From the NCBI GenBank assembly GCA_009776725.1, contig WRNE01000002.1, forward strand, positions 1-64,000: a DNA stretch of 64,000 nucleotides, in the 5' to 3' direction. The notes beneath the pieces are model-generated. The model did no database searches. It saw nothing but the letters and a program-made list of their open reading frames with translations, and had not been told where the DNA came from. This stretch comes from Coriobacteriia bacterium. Its GTDB lineage: Bacteria > Actinomycetota > Coriobacteriia > Coriobacteriales > UBA8131. A program made the translations under genes and the position numbers. Below, piece after piece: positions 1-9,929 of the stretch. Within the stretch, counting starts at the first letter, position 1. Every line of letters starts with the position of its first letter.

Positions 1-357
1 TATCGTGTCGTCACCTGCCACCAAGCCGATGACTTTCGGCTCGCCAGCGGCCTCAAGGGCTGCTGCGACTCCTTGGGCAGAGCCCGGGGCGGTCTTGATG
101 ACAACCAGGTTCTGGGCAACCGTGACCTCGATTACCAAGTCTGTGACAAGCCTCTGCAAAAGCAGGTCCTCCGGAAGGATGTAGACTCCTTCGGACAGCT
201 TTCGCAGGTTCATCTCGTTGATGTCACGAGAAACTGTCGCTTGCGTGCAGTTGAAACCCATCTCCTCCAAGCCGTCTACCAGGTCACGTTGGGTACGGAT
301 GGTCCGCTGTCTGATAAGATGCCGGATGGCATCTTGTCTAACCAGTCGTTTCTTCAT
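1..357 (-). CDS. argR: Arginine repressor ArgR. The N-terminal 119 aa are in the window and the C-terminus runs off the window edge.
   Basis: Reverse-complement translation from the ATG at 355-357 gives MKKRLVRQDAIRHLIRQRTIRTQRDLVDGLEEMGFNCTQATVSRDINEMNLRKL...VIGLVAGDDTI. It has a winged-helix N-terminus and the ArgR oligomerisation GDDT motif, and it sits directly downstream of argF as in the actinobacterial argCJBDFR order. It is absent from the ORF track only because it is truncated by the window edge. Confidence 0.85.
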   Translation of the reverse strand, partial: MKKRLVRQDAIRHLIRQRTIRTQRDLVDGLEEMGFNCTQATVSRDINEMNLRKLSEGVYILPEDLLLQRLVTDLVIEVTVAQNLVVIKTAPGSAQGVAAALEAAGEPKVIGLVAGDDTI

Positions 358-718
358 AATTGACCCTTTCCACAAACGAACTTCAGTTCATCCCTCACCT
401 CGCATTATAATGTATATATCTTGTCAGTTATTTATCAATTTGCAAATACCAGCATTCATTTCCTACTCTGTCTGCCACCGGGTCTGATTGCTCTTTATAC
501 TTGGTGCTGCTTGGTCGTCTTACATGCCTTTTACATTCATTATGTGGATAAAACCTCGTGTAAGCCCTTCGTAAAATATAGCTCTATGCCTCGCTTCTGA
601 TACCCATAAATGAGGCTTTCGAGCTTGCCCAAGATGCATAATCATGCAGGATAGGGCATGGCAGGGCATTGCAGGCACTCGCTTTGGGCGCGCTAGAAAG
701 CTCGCTTTAACCTCTTAT

Positions 719-1708
719 TTATCCATCCGCCAACAACAACAAGAGCAGTGCCTGCTGGACGTGCATGCGGTTCTCTGCCTCTTGGTAGATGCAGGAATAG
801 CTGGCATCCATTACCGCGTCTGTTACCTCTTCGCCTCGGTGTGCGGGCAGGCAGTGCATAAAGACCGCACCCGGCTTGGCTAGGTCAAAGAAGGACTCCT
901 TGACTTGATAGGCGTCAAGCAAGGCTGCCCGCTGCTCGTGCTCGCTCTCAAAGCCCATCGACGCCCAGGCATCGGTCACGATGACGTCTGCCCCGTCCAA
1001 GGCTTCCTCGATCTTGTCAGTGACCTCCAGGACCGCTCCCGTCTGCAAGGCTGTCGCACGGGCTTCGGCCAAGTAGGCCGGTACTGGCTGGTATTCTTTG
1101 GGAGAGGCAATCGTCACATGCATGCCAGCCAAGGCCCCGCCCTCCAAGTATGTATGGGCCATGTTGTTGGCACCGTCTCCAAAATAGGCCAGTTTTAGGC
1201 CTTCTAGCTTGCCAAAGACCTCCTCGATGGTAAAAAAGTCGGCCAGGCCCTGACAAGGATGGAAATCATCGGTCAGCGCATTTACCACTGGCATGCTTGC
1301 CCAATGGGCGATCTCTTCGACTCGGGCTTGTTCAAAGCTGCGGATGACCAAGGCATCGACATAACGCTCTAAGACCATCATGGTGTCTTTGATCGACTCG
1401 TCACGGGAAAAAGCAGATGTGCTGTCGCTCATCACGACCGCTTGTGCCCCAAGCCGCCAGACTGCCCGCTCGAAGGAGACGCGGGTGCGTAACGAGGGCT
1501 TCTCCAGAATAATGCTTACCGCCTTGCCCTGGTAGGGAGCCTCGCGCTCGGCGCTCTTCGGGTCAAATGCGAAACGTTGTTTCTCGCTGTAAGCCGTGTC
1601 AAGGACCAGGCGAAACTCCTCTGGTGTGAGATCGAGCATACGTAAGAAGTCCCGCCCGGCCAAGGGGTTGTCCTTATATTGCGAAATGATGCTCATTTTA
1701 ACCTCCAT
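719..1708 (-). CDS. argF: Ornithine carbamoyltransferase.
   Basis: The 329-aa ORF has OTC-type carbamoyl-phosphate and ornithine binding regions (STRTR-like SLRTRVSFE, HCLPA) and sits in the arg operon. The likely true start is the second ATG at 1696 (MSIISQY...), which is preceded by GGAGGT. Confidence 0.85.
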   Translation of the reverse strand: MEVKMSIISQYKDNPLAGRDFLRMLDLTPEEFRLVLDTAYSEKQRFAFDPKSAEREAPYQGKAVSIILEKPSLRTRVSFERAVWRLGAQAVVMSDSTSAFSRDESIKDTMMVLERYVDALVIRSFEQARVEEIAHWASMPVVNALTDDFHPCQGLADFFTIEEVFGKLEGLKLAYFGDGANNMAHTYLEGGALAGMHVTIASPKEYQPVPAYLAEARATALQTGAVLEVTDKIEEALDGADVIVTDAWASMGFESEHEQRAALLDAYQVKESFFDLAKPGAVFMHCLPAHRGEEVTDAVMDASYSCIYQEAENRMHVQQALLLLLLADG

Positions 1709-1735
1709 GATGTGGTCTGCTTTTAATGCCGCTGC

Positions 1736-2983
1736 CTATTGCCTCTGTCCCAGCATGTCGGCCAAGGCTGCTATCAAGAGGTCGATCTCGGCCTCGGTGC
1801 AACACAGTGGGGGAATAAACCTTAGGTTCTGATCGTCTGTCGCATTCAGCACAAAGCCTAGCCCATGCGTTTGGGCACGGTTCAAGGCCGAGTCGACAAT
1901 GGCGTTTGCCGAAATGCCTTCTAGGGTCATACCGGTCATCAGGCCCTGCCCCCGCACATCGACGACGGCAGGCAGGTCGCCCAAGAGGCTGCGCAGATAG
2001 TCGCCGACCTTGGTGGCATTGTTGCCGGCGTCCATGCCCAGCAAGGCCTCGATGGCCGCCCGGGCAGCCGCGACAGCAAGCACCGATCCGCCAAATGTGG
2101 ACCCATGGTCGCCAGCCTCTAAGACGTCGGCTGCCAAGCCGTGGGCACTGAAGGCACCGATCGGCATGCCGTTGCCCAAGCCCTTGGCCAGGGCCACCAC
2201 GTCAGGGACAACGCCATAGGACTGGAAGGCGAAGGCCGTGCCGGTCCTAAAGAACCCGGTTTGGATCTCGTCCAGTATCAACAGCTGGCCCCGCTCGGCG
2301 GTCATTGCCCGGGCAGCCTGCAAGTACTCAGGCGTGCATGGCCAGATGCCGCCTTCGCCTTGTATCGGCTCCAGCAGCAAGGCTGCCACTTTGCCTGCCT
2401 CGGTCTCACCGTCTAGGGCCTGTTGCAAGGCATCGATGTCGTTTAGCTCGACATGGGCGGCAAAACCAGGCAGCAGCGGCTTGAAGATGTCTTGCTTCGA
2501 AGGCTGGCCGGTAGCAGTCAGGGAGCCAAAGGTGCGGCCATGAAAGGACCTCTGGGCAGAGACGATGCCTGCTGCCCCGTCCAGGTAGCGGTAGCCATAG
2601 CGCCGTGCCAGCTTGAGGGTGCCTTCGACAGCCTCGGTGCCGCTGTTGGCAAAAAAGGTCTTCCAGTTAGGCGCCAAGGGGTCGCCTGGCGTTTGCCCGT
2701 CGGCGCTGTTTAGCAATGCCGATATGCTTTGCGCAAGCTCGCCACGGCCGTCTACATAGAAGTAATTGCCTACATGCAAGAGCTTTTCGGCCTGGGCACG
2801 GATTGCTGCACCCACCAAAGGGTCGGCATGGCCCGCATTGACTGCGGCGCTGCCAGCCAGGAAGTCGAGGTACGCATACCCCTCGCTGTCTATAAGGCGC
2901 ATTCCGCTGCCTAAGACAAAGTGGACCGGCTTGCGCTTGTAGGTCTCCATTACATAAAAAGACTCAAGATCTGCTTGATTCAT
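1736..2983 (-). CDS. argD: Acetylornithine aminotransferase, a class-III PLP aminotransferase.
   Basis: The 415-aa ORF shows the class-III aminotransferase fold signature ([14 protein letters not shown]-lysine region [16 protein letters not shown]) and lies between argB and argF. Confidence 0.85.
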   Translation of the reverse strand: MNQADLESFYVMETYKRKPVHFVLGSGMRLIDSEGYAYLDFLAGSAAVNAGHADPLVGAAIRAQAEKLLHVGNYFYVDGRGELAQSISALLNSADGQTPGDPLAPNWKTFFANSGTEAVEGTLKLARRYGYRYLDGAAGIVSAQRSFHGRTFGSLTATGQPSKQDIFKPLLPGFAAHVELNDIDALQQALDGETEAGKVAALLLEPIQGEGGIWPCTPEYLQAARAMTAERGQLLILDEIQTGFFRTGTAFAFQSYGVVPDVVALAKGLGNGMPIGAFSAHGLAADVLEAGDHGSTFGGSVLAVAAARAAIEALLGMDAGNNATKVGDYLRSLLGDLPAVVDVRGQGLMTGMTLEGISANAIVDSALNRAQTHGLGFVLNATDDQNLRFIPPLCCTEAEIDLLIAALADMLGQRQ

Positions 2984-3136
2984 GGTTTTCTCCCCATAAT
3001 CGTCTTTACTCTTACTATAAGCATCCTATCAGCGGTTATGCCGACTAGGCGATGCATCCTTGATAAACTGTCCAAAAATGAATAATACTTGCCGAATTAA
3101 ACGGTTTGCCCGTTATTTGGGTCTATTGATATCGCT

Positions 3137-4123
3137 TCAGTCACTCATATGGAGCTTTCTGGCCAGGCTGTTCAAGGCAGCGGCCTTGAACTCCTCTGGA
3201 GAATAACTGTCGTCGTCCTGCATGATCATCGTGCCAACGCCCTCGTTGGTGAATATCTCCAGCAAGAGGCTGTGCGGAATGGTGCCGTTTAGGATGTGGG
3301 CGCGCGGGACCCCGGCCTCTAAGGCCTTGATGCAAGCCTCGATCTTCGGGATCATCCCGCTGGAGACGCTGGACATGGCCTCTTTGGCCTCGGTCAGGTT
3401 CAAACGGAAGATGAGGCTGGTCTTGTCCTCGAAGTCGGCATAGAGGCCATCGACGTCGGTTAGGAAGATGACCTTGTGGGCCCCGATAGCAGCAGCTATC
3501 TCGCCAGCGGCCAGGTCGGCATTGATGTTGTAGGACATGCCGTCGTCGCCCAGGGCGACGCTGGCAATCACTGGAATATAGTCGTTGTCGATCAGGTCGT
3601 TTAACAGGGTCGTGTCAACAGCAGTGACCTCCCCCACCATGCCCAGCTCTTTTTGCATCTGCCGGGCCTTCATAAAATGGCCGTCGGCCCCGTTTAAGCC
3701 GACCGCCAGGTGGCCATGCGTGTTCATCTCGGCAACCAGCTCTTGGTTGACCTTGCCGATCAGCACCATCTTCACGACCTCCATCATTTCCGGGGTCGTC
3801 ACCCGCATGCCGTCGACGAACTCTGTCGGCAGGCCGAGCCGGTCGGCCATCTCGGTGATGTCGTTCCCGCCGCCATGTACGATGACTGGCTTGAGGCCGA
3901 TGATCTTCATCAACACGATATCGCTCATGACATCGGCCCGCAGCTTGTCATCGATCATGGCAGCCCCGCCATATTTGATGACCATTGTGTTGCCTGTGGA
4001 CTGCTTGATCCACGGCAAGGCCTCGATTAAGACCTCGGCTAGGCCCGAGCTTGCTGCTTGGGCCGCCCGGATGTTTTCAAGATAAGACAACTTTTCGTCT
4101 TCGGACATCTTCCCTACTCTCAA
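3137..4123 (-). CDS. argB: Acetylglutamate kinase.
   Basis: The 328-aa ORF has an amino-acid kinase family N-terminus (VIKYGGAAM...VHGGG) and sits in the arg operon. The start may be the internal ATG at 4108 (MSEDEK...), which is preceded by AGGGAAG. Confidence 0.85.
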   Translation of the reverse strand: MRVGKMSEDEKLSYLENIRAAQAASSGLAEVLIEALPWIKQSTGNTMVIKYGGAAMIDDKLRADVMSDIVLMKIIGLKPVIVHGGGNDITEMADRLGLPTEFVDGMRVTTPEMMEVVKMVLIGKVNQELVAEMNTHGHLAVGLNGADGHFMKARQMQKELGMVGEVTAVDTTLLNDLIDNDYIPVIASVALGDDGMSYNINADLAAGEIAAAIGAHKVIFLTDVDGLYADFEDKTSLIFRLNLTEAKEAMSSVSSGMIPKIEACIKALEAGVPRAHILNGTIPHSLLLEIFTNEGVGTMIMQDDDSYSPEEFKAAALNSLARKLHMSD

Positions 4124-4140
4124 ATCAAAATGTCAGGCAA

Positions 4141-4195
4141 CTGGCTTTTGCTAACTGCTTTGCTAGCTGCTTTGCTAGCTGCTTTGCTAGCTGCG
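4141..4195. repeat. 12-nt tandem repeat (ctgctttgctag x3 perfect, flanked by degenerate copies) in the argJ-argB intergenic spacer.
   Basis: The sequence shows ctggcttttgctaa | ctgctttgctag | ctgctttgctag | ctgctttgctag | ctgcgatagt directly. The array ends at the argJ stop codon (4187-4189). Confidence 0.8.
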
Positions 4196-5560
4196 ATAGT
4201 CACCGTTAATAGCAATATAGCCATGTGTTAAGTCGCAAGACCAGATCACCGCCGAGCCGCTGCCGCCGGTACCCAGGTCGGCCTCGATGAATACCTCGAC
4301 AAGCTCGTCAAAGAGCCGCAAGGCCTCCTCTTCGGAGAAGGGCACAGGCAGACCGCTTTGCATGACCGGCAGGCCCAAGAAGGTGATATTTACTTGGGAC
4401 TGGTCGAACTCGGCGCCGCTTTTGCCTAAGGCCATGACGATCCTGCCCCAATTGGCGTCGTGTCCGGCAACAGCCGTCTTGACTAACGGCGAGTTAGCCA
4501 CCGACCGGGCTGCCAGGTCGGCCTGGCTGTCGTCGATGGCCCCGCTGATCTTGACGGTGATCAGCTTGGTGGCACCTTCCCCGTCTGCTGCCAGCTGCCT
4601 GGTCAGCTCGACACACAAGGCGGTCAGGCCTTCTACGAAGGCATCAAAGGCTGCTGTCCCGACCTCGATAAGCCCGGTATTGGAGGCTCCCGTGGCCAAG
4701 AAGAAGGCCGTGTCGTTGGTCGAGGTGTCAGAGTCCACAGTGACCTTGTTCAAGCTGGCATTGATCGCCGTCTTGAAGGCTTGGTCGGCAGCTGCCTGGC
4801 TAAGCTGAGCGTCGGTCGCAACCAGGGAGAGCATGGTCGCCATGTTCGGCTGGATCATGCCTGAGCCCTTGATGATGCCGCCGATATGACAGGTCAGCAC
4901 CCCATCGCCCCCACTTGCCGACAGGCCCGTGTCCAAGCTGACCTCTACAGCTGCCTGCTTGGCGAAGGTGTCTGTCGTCATGATCGCCTCGGCTGCTGCC
5001 TGCCCTGCCTGGTAATCTGTCCCGTCGGCTGAGCCTAGCAGCTTGTAGGCGTTTTCCACCCCGGCTTGGAAGAGCTCTTCGTAAGGCAGCTTTCCGATAA
5101 CCCCTGTCGACGCCACCAGGACTTGGTGGGGCTTGCATCCCACGACCCCGGCAACCACCTCGGTGGAGTAGGTGGCCAAGATAAAGCCAGGCTCCCCGGT
5201 CGCTGCGTTGGCCTGGCCGGAGTTGATGAGGACAGCGCAGACGCCCTCGTCCTTCTCCACATCCAAGGCGTCTGCGACCTTGGACTTTTCGATGTTTGTG
5301 CGGGAGACCCGGACGGGCGCGGCAGCAAAGCGGTTCTGGGTAAACATCGCGCTGGCCACCACGGGCTGGTCGGTGACGGCCAGCATGAAGTCGTTGCGGG
5401 TCGGATTGCGCCTGAACCCTGCATAGTGCCCAGACACCCTCAGGCCCTTGACGTTGCCCAGCCCGCCTGCCAAAAAGCGAGCGTTGCCTTGCACGGTCCC
5501 TGGCTTGGTGATGATCAAGGACTCGTCCAAAGTCGGGTACTCGTTAGTGTTATCTGCCAT
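4187..5560 (-). CDS. argJ: Bifunctional glutamate N-acetyltransferase / amino-acid acetyltransferase (ornithine acetyltransferase).
   Basis: The protein is ArgJ-family (self-cleaving ATML-like ATMLS site, 'GMIQPNMATMLSLVATDA'). The likely start is MADNTNEY at 5558-5560, which forms an ATGA overlap with the argC stop. The track ORF extends upstream to 5626. Confidence 0.85.
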   Translation of the reverse strand: MADNTNEYPTLDESLIITKPGTVQGNARFLAGGLGNVKGLRVSGHYAGFRRNPTRNDFMLAVTDQPVVASAMFTQNRFAAAPVRVSRTNIEKSKVADALDVEKDEGVCAVLINSGQANAATGEPGFILATYSTEVVAGVVGCKPHQVLVASTGVIGKLPYEELFQAGVENAYKLLGSADGTDYQAGQAAAEAIMTTDTFAKQAAVEVSLDTGLSASGGDGVLTCHIGGIIKGSGMIQPNMATMLSLVATDAQLSQAAADQAFKTAINASLNKVTVDSDTSTNDTAFFLATGASNTGLIEVGTAAFDAFVEGLTALCVELTRQLAADGEGATKLITVKISGAIDDSQADLAARSVANSPLVKTAVAGHDANWGRIVMALGKSGAEFDQSQVNITFLGLPVMQSGLPVPFSEEEALRLFDELVEVFIEADLGTGGSGSAVIWSCDLTHGYIAINGDYRS

Positions 5561-6636
5561 CAGACTACTACTCCTATTTTCTCTAGGCCCGCGGTCTCTG
5601 GGTGCCCGAAGACGATATTGGCACATTGGACAGCCTGCGTCGCCGCCCCTTTGCCGAGGTTGTCGATCGCACAGCTGGCGATCAGGATGTCGGTGTGCTC
5701 GTCTAGGAAGTAGCCGATGTGGGCCTGGTTGGTTGTGGAAACGCTCGCCGACTGCGGCATCTTGCCATAGGGCAAGAGCTTCACGAAGGGCTCGTCGGAA
5801 TAGGCAGTCTGGTAGATCACCTCGACGACGTCCGGACGCAGGCCCGGCAACATGCTGATCGCCACGTTCGAGACGATACCCCTAGTCATGGGGATAAGGA
5901 CAGGCGTGAACTGCACCAGCACCTGCCTCTGTGCCTCTGTGGTGAGCGTTTGCTCGATCTCTGGCTGATGCCTGTGCGTGCCGACGTTGTAGGCCCGGGC
6001 ATCCTCGTTTATATTCGAGAACAAGCCGGCGTCGGTGGCCGACCGCCCCATCCCGGATGCCCCGGAGACGGCGTTGACGATGACTGGGCGCCCTGGCATC
6101 ACGGCGTCTGCCGCCAAGACCGGCGCAGCAGCCAGCGCGCTGGCAGTCGGATAACAGCCCGGGCAGGCGACCAAGGCCGGCTCGCCTAGGGTGAGGCGCC
6201 GATGGGCCTGTTCGGCAAGCTGGTGGCGGTATAGCTCGGGCAGTCCGTACACGGCCTTGTTCAGCAGCTCAGGCGCCCCGTGCTTGACGTTGTACCATTT
6301 CTCGTAGACTGCTGGGTCTTTGAGGCGAAAGTCGGCGCTCAAGTCAATGACGCTAATGCCAAGCTCCAAAAGCCTGGGCGCGATGTCGAAGGCAGCCGTG
6401 TGGGGCACAGCCAAGAACACAGCGTCCAGCTCGTGCACAGGCAGTTCGGACACCAGGCTGTACTTCAGGTCGGTAAACCCCAGCAAAGCCGGGTACTTCT
6501 CAGCCAAGGGCAAGCCGTTCTCGTTCGTAGAAGTCGCTGCGATCAACTCAAAACCCGGATGCTCCAGCAACAACCGGACCAACTCTGCCCCGGTATAGCC
6601 TGAGCCGCCTACTACTGCAACTTTGAAAGTTTCCAT
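5560..6636 (-). CDS. argC: N-acetyl-gamma-glutamyl-phosphate reductase.
   Basis: It has a Rossmann N-terminus (VAVVGGSGYTG) and the catalytic-Cys region (CPGCYPTA). The start at 6636 (METFKVAVVG) is preceded by GGAGGT, and the track ORF reaches 6672. Confidence 0.85.
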   Translation of the reverse strand: METFKVAVVGGSGYTGAELVRLLLEHPGFELIAATSTNENGLPLAEKYPALLGFTDLKYSLVSELPVHELDAVFLAVPHTAAFDIAPRLLELGISVIDLSADFRLKDPAVYEKWYNVKHGAPELLNKAVYGLPELYRHQLAEQAHRRLTLGEPALVACPGCYPTASALAAAPVLAADAVMPGRPVIVNAVSGASGMGRSATDAGLFSNINEDARAYNVGTHRHQPEIEQTLTTEAQRQVLVQFTPVLIPMTRGIVSNVAISMLPGLRPDVVEVIYQTAYSDEPFVKLLPYGKMPQSASVSTTNQAHIGYFLDEHTDILIASCAIDNLGKGAATQAVQCANIVFGHPETAGLEKIGVVV

Positions 6637-6820
6637 TTGACCTCCAAACAATGGTTTTCTCCCCCTCCCCAATCTCTTGTGTTTTAAAAAAGGATCAGTT
6701 TATGTGGAGAAGCCCTGATTTTCCCTTCCTCAATAACCGCTCTTGTTCGATTCTTAGGAGATTTTGCAAGAGTGTTTTGATATTTTAGCACTGTATTTGC
6801 AAAATGTTAAGTGGTATTTG

Positions 6821-6850
6821 CCTAATATACATAAATAATTGTATATTAGG
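6821..6850. promoter_or_regulatory. Perfect 11-bp inverted repeat (CCTAATATACA-N8-TGTATATTAGG) in the AT-rich arg operon promoter region. A nested TGTATA-N11-TATACA repeat lies at 6840-6862 and an ATTCATTTGAAT palindrome at 6875-6886.
   Basis: The palindromes are read directly from the sequence. They sit upstream of argC (minus strand) and of the divergent lectin-GH73 gene. The ATTCA/TGAAT half-sites resemble ARG-box half-sites. Confidence 0.45.
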
Positions 6851-6987
6851 ATTATTTATACATTATTTTCGTTTATTCATTTGAATTTAACAGATTCCTG
6901 CTTGCCAAACAAGCTTGAGTACGGCAGGTTTTTGCAAATCTAGTCAACGTTTTTTGCATTTTTGCTTGATTCAATTAAAATATAGGG

Positions 6988-9834
6988 ATGTGCATAACTA
7001 AAAACTTAAGAACGGGGAAACACATGAATACTAGTCGAGACAGGTTTCCAGGAGTTTACAGCGTCTTAAAGCCTGCCATTATTGTTTTAATCACACTCAT
7101 CCTAGCCCTTGGCATGATGCCTTTAGGCACTCTGACAGCATATGCAGCCGAGCTCGGCCCGGAAATCCAGGATATGCCCAACGACTATCCTGCCGACCAG
7201 CCCGCTGACCAAAGCGGGCAGGTAATTACTGATCCAAGCGACCCGCCAAGCGAAGTAGATCCGCAGGCCATAGACCCTGCCGATAGCACTACCGAGGCCA
7301 TCGAGCCGCTGGCAGTCTATGTCCCAGACCTCTGCTATATTACTTCCGTCGTCAATAAGAGCAAGGCTATCGATATTCCCGGGGCCTCCAAGAACGACGG
7401 GGCGAGAATCCAGTTATGGGACAGCAACACCACTGTTGCCCAACGGTTTCAAGTAATCGCAAACTCGGACGGCACATACACCTTTGTCAACGTCAACTCG
7501 GGCAAGGCGCTAGACGTCCAAGGCGGAAACGCCTTTAAAGGCGCTGTGGTCTGGCAGCACACCCGAAACGGCACCAATGCCCAGAAATGGTATATCACCG
7601 ACGAGGGCAACGGCTATAAGATCTCGTCAAAAATCGACCCCTATTTCGTCTTGGACGTCCCTGGCGCCCAAGCAGTCAACGGCAACCAGCTGCAGTTGCA
7701 CGACAACAACAACACCCCTGCCCAGCGTTTCTGGTTAAACCCGATCACCCGGTCATTGGCCGATGGGGCCTATATCATTAATTCGGCCTCAGGCACCAAT
7801 ATGGTCTTGGATATCGCCGGCGCCTCCTCCCAGGAGGGGACGATTGCCCAGTTCCACACATCCAACCAGACCCTGGCCCAACGCTTCTTGCTGGCCTATG
7901 ACTCAAGCACGGGCTATTACACCATCACCAATACCCAGTCCAACAGGGTCATTGACATCGCCGGAGGGAGCACGGCCAATGGGGCGAAAGTGCAAATCTG
8001 GCATGCCAACGGCACCCCGGCCCAGAAATGGGCAATCCAACAGACCTCCTTTGGCACGTACACCATAACGTCTGGGCATTCCGGAAAGGTTTTAGGGGCT
8101 CCCCCGGGAGGAGCCAACAACACCACCCCTGTCCAGACCTTCCCCTGGTCAGTGGCCCTTGAGCAGCAATGGAGGTTTACCAGCAGCCAAGCTGCCAATA
8201 ACGGGACTTTCGTCTTTAGGGCCGGGGTAGGGACCGTCTTGGACGCCCGCGGCAACGGCACAGGCAACGGCACCGAGGTATGGGCCTTCCAAGCCAATAA
8301 CACGATTGCCCAAAAATTCTATTTGCAGTACGTCTCGGACGGCTACTTTAGGATCGAGTGCCTGAACTCCCAAAAGCTAGTCACTGCACAAGGCACGAAT
8401 ATCGTGCTCTATGAGAACCAGAACCTCAACAGCCAGCTTTGGAGGCTTGAGCCTTGGGGAGAAGGCCGCTTCTTCCTGATCAACAAAGAGTCAGGACGGG
8501 CTTTGGACGTGATCGGCGGCAGCACGGCCTCGGGGGCCGGCCTCCAAGTCCACACCCCGAACCAGACTCCTGCCCAGCAATGGCGGTTCGAGCCGACAGT
8601 GCCTGTAGCCAATGGCATCTATGTGGTAAAAAGCACTGCGTACCCGTCTTTGGCCCTAGACATCCGCGGGAACTCCAGCGCCAACGGCACAAGGCTTCAG
8701 ATACACACTGCCAACAACACTATTGCGCAAGTCTTCCGTTTCTATAACACCTCGGCCTTCAACTATCGGATCACCTGCTTGAACTCCAACAAGTCACTGG
8801 ACTTGGACAGGGGGATACTTAGCCCTAAAGGCATAATCCACCTATGGGCGACAGTCGAGGACAGCCCGAACAACAACCAGGTCTGGCGGGTCGAGTACTA
8901 TGGAGGCGGTAACTACCGGATATTCAGCCAATGCGGGAACGGCAGCTACTGTATGACTATCGAAGGCGGCATCGGCACGGATATCACTGCCACGGCCTAT
9001 GACAGCAACTCCAACAACCAGCGTTTCACGTTAAACGGCTTAGGTGATGCTTATTACGCACCGATGAATATGACTGTCAGCCAAATGGTCAATTGGCAGC
9101 GTTCTAATCCCTATATAAACAATATTACCGACCAGCAGCTAGCAGATGTCATCGACCCCAACAGGGCAATCAACAACTACACCTTCCCTGGCCACTCCGA
9201 GTACACCAACGGCTTGTACCAGTTTGCAGACTTAAGAAGCTACACGGGCCTAAATGCTGGCCAGATCGACGCCATCATCAACAGCTACACCAGTTCCAGC
9301 AGCGCACTTCGAGGCATGGGCTATGCTTTTGAGAGGGCAGCCAGGACTTACAATATCAACGAAGTCTACCTGCTTGCCCATTGTGCGCTTGAAAGCGGCT
9401 GGGGCACGTCCGACCTAGCCCGAGGCTACGACTATAACGGGACGACCCTAGTTGACGGCAGGACTTGGCCGGCTGCCAGGTACCACAACTTCTTTGGTAT
9501 TGGGGCAGTCGACTCAGGCCCCTTGTCCGGAGGGCGCGCGTACGCCATTATGAACGGCTGGGACTCGATTGAAAAGGCTATCATCGGCGGGTGCAAGTGG
9601 ATAGTGGAGAACTACATCTACCGCGATGTCTACAACCTCCCCTATGCGCAGCCCACCCTCTATGCAATGAAGTGGGACTACAATAGAAGCTATTCCATCT
9701 CAGACTATGGCTGGCACCAGTACGCTACAGACCATCTGTGGGCAAGGAAGATCTCAAAGATGATGGGTGATTTCTACAATCAAGTGGGAGCAAAGCCGAA
9801 TCTGACCTATATTATCCCGCAGTACCGCAACTAG
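6988..9834 (+). CDS. Secreted cell-wall hydrolase with multiple ricin-B (CBM13) lectin beta-trefoil repeats and a C-terminal GH73 N-acetylglucosaminidase domain.
   Basis: It has a hydrophobic signal/TM segment and a proline/acidic linker. QxW-type repeats recur more than 12 times (AQRFQV, AQKWYI, AQRFWL, AQRFLL, AQKWAI...). The C-terminus carries the GH73 motifs ALESGWGTSDLAR, NFFGIGA and YATD. An alternative start lies at 7024 (MNTSRDRF). Confidence 0.75.
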   Translation: MCITKNLRTGKHMNTSRDRFPGVYSVLKPAIIVLITLILALGMMPLGTLTAYAAELGPEIQDMPNDYPADQPADQSGQVITDPSDPPSEVDPQAIDPADSTTEAIEPLAVYVPDLCYITSVVNKSKAIDIPGASKNDGARIQLWDSNTTVAQRFQVIANSDGTYTFVNVNSGKALDVQGGNAFKGAVVWQHTRNGTNAQKWYITDEGNGYKISSKIDPYFVLDVPGAQAVNGNQLQLHDNNNTPAQRFWLNPITRSLADGAYIINSASGTNMVLDIAGASSQEGTIAQFHTSNQTLAQRFLLAYDSSTGYYTITNTQSNRVIDIAGGSTANGAKVQIWHANGTPAQKWAIQQTSFGTYTITSGHSGKVLGAPPGGANNTTPVQTFPWSVALEQQWRFTSSQAANNGTFVFRAGVGTVLDARGNGTGNGTEVWAFQANNTIAQKFYLQYVSDGYFRIECLNSQKLVTAQGTNIVLYENQNLNSQLWRLEPWGEGRFFLINKESGRALDVIGGSTASGAGLQVHTPNQTPAQQWRFEPTVPVANGIYVVKSTAYPSLALDIRGNSSANGTRLQIHTANNTIAQVFRFYNTSAFNYRITCLNSNKSLDLDRGILSPKGIIHLWATVEDSPNNNQVWRVEYYGGGNYRIFSQCGNGSYCMTIEGGIGTDITATAYDSNSNNQRFTLNGLGDAYYAPMNMTVSQMVNWQRSNPYINNITDQQLADVIDPNRAINNYTFPGHSEYTNGLYQFADLRSYTGLNAGQIDAIINSYTSSSSALRGMGYAFERAARTYNINEVYLLAHCALESGWGTSDLARGYDYNGTTLVDGRTWPAARYHNFFGIGAVDSGPLSGGRAYAIMNGWDSIEKAIIGGCKWIVENYIYRDVYNLPYAQPTLYAMKWDYNRSYSISDYGWHQYATDHLWARKISKMMGDFYNQVGAKPNLTYIIPQYRN

Positions 9835-9863
9835 TTGATAAAATACATATCAATGCTTGTTGG

Positions 9864-9910
9864 ATGAAAGCCCTCTGGCCTTAAGCAGGCAAGCGGGCTT
9901 TCATTGTTTA
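9864..9910 (+). terminator. Putative intrinsic terminator after the lectin-GH73 gene.
   Basis: A 10-bp stem (atgaaagccc ... gggctttcat) with a 21-nt loop is followed by tgttta. Confidence 0.45.
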
Positions 9911-9929
9911 ATCGGAAGGTACCAATTAG

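Noticed and set aside
73-487. The + strand track ORFs 73-363 and 218-487.
   Set aside because: The minus strand of 1-357 encodes an unmistakable ArgR (GDDT motif, winged helix). The + ORFs have no RBS or family features and lie antisense to it or in the spacer.
3000-3136. The ARG-box-like AATGAATAATACTTGC and the small AACGG/CCGTT hairpin in the argD-argB spacer.
   Set aside because: It is only a partial match to ARG-box consensus and the hairpin is 5 bp. An internal promoter is possible but unsupported.
4287-5713. The + strand ORFs inside argJ/argC (4287-4808, 5066-5713, 5172-5426) and the minus-strand ORFs 4800-5138 and 5035-5424.
   Set aside because: They are antisense or out-of-frame shadows of the strongly supported argJ/argC genes and have high-GC, Ala/Arg/Pro-rich artefactual translations.
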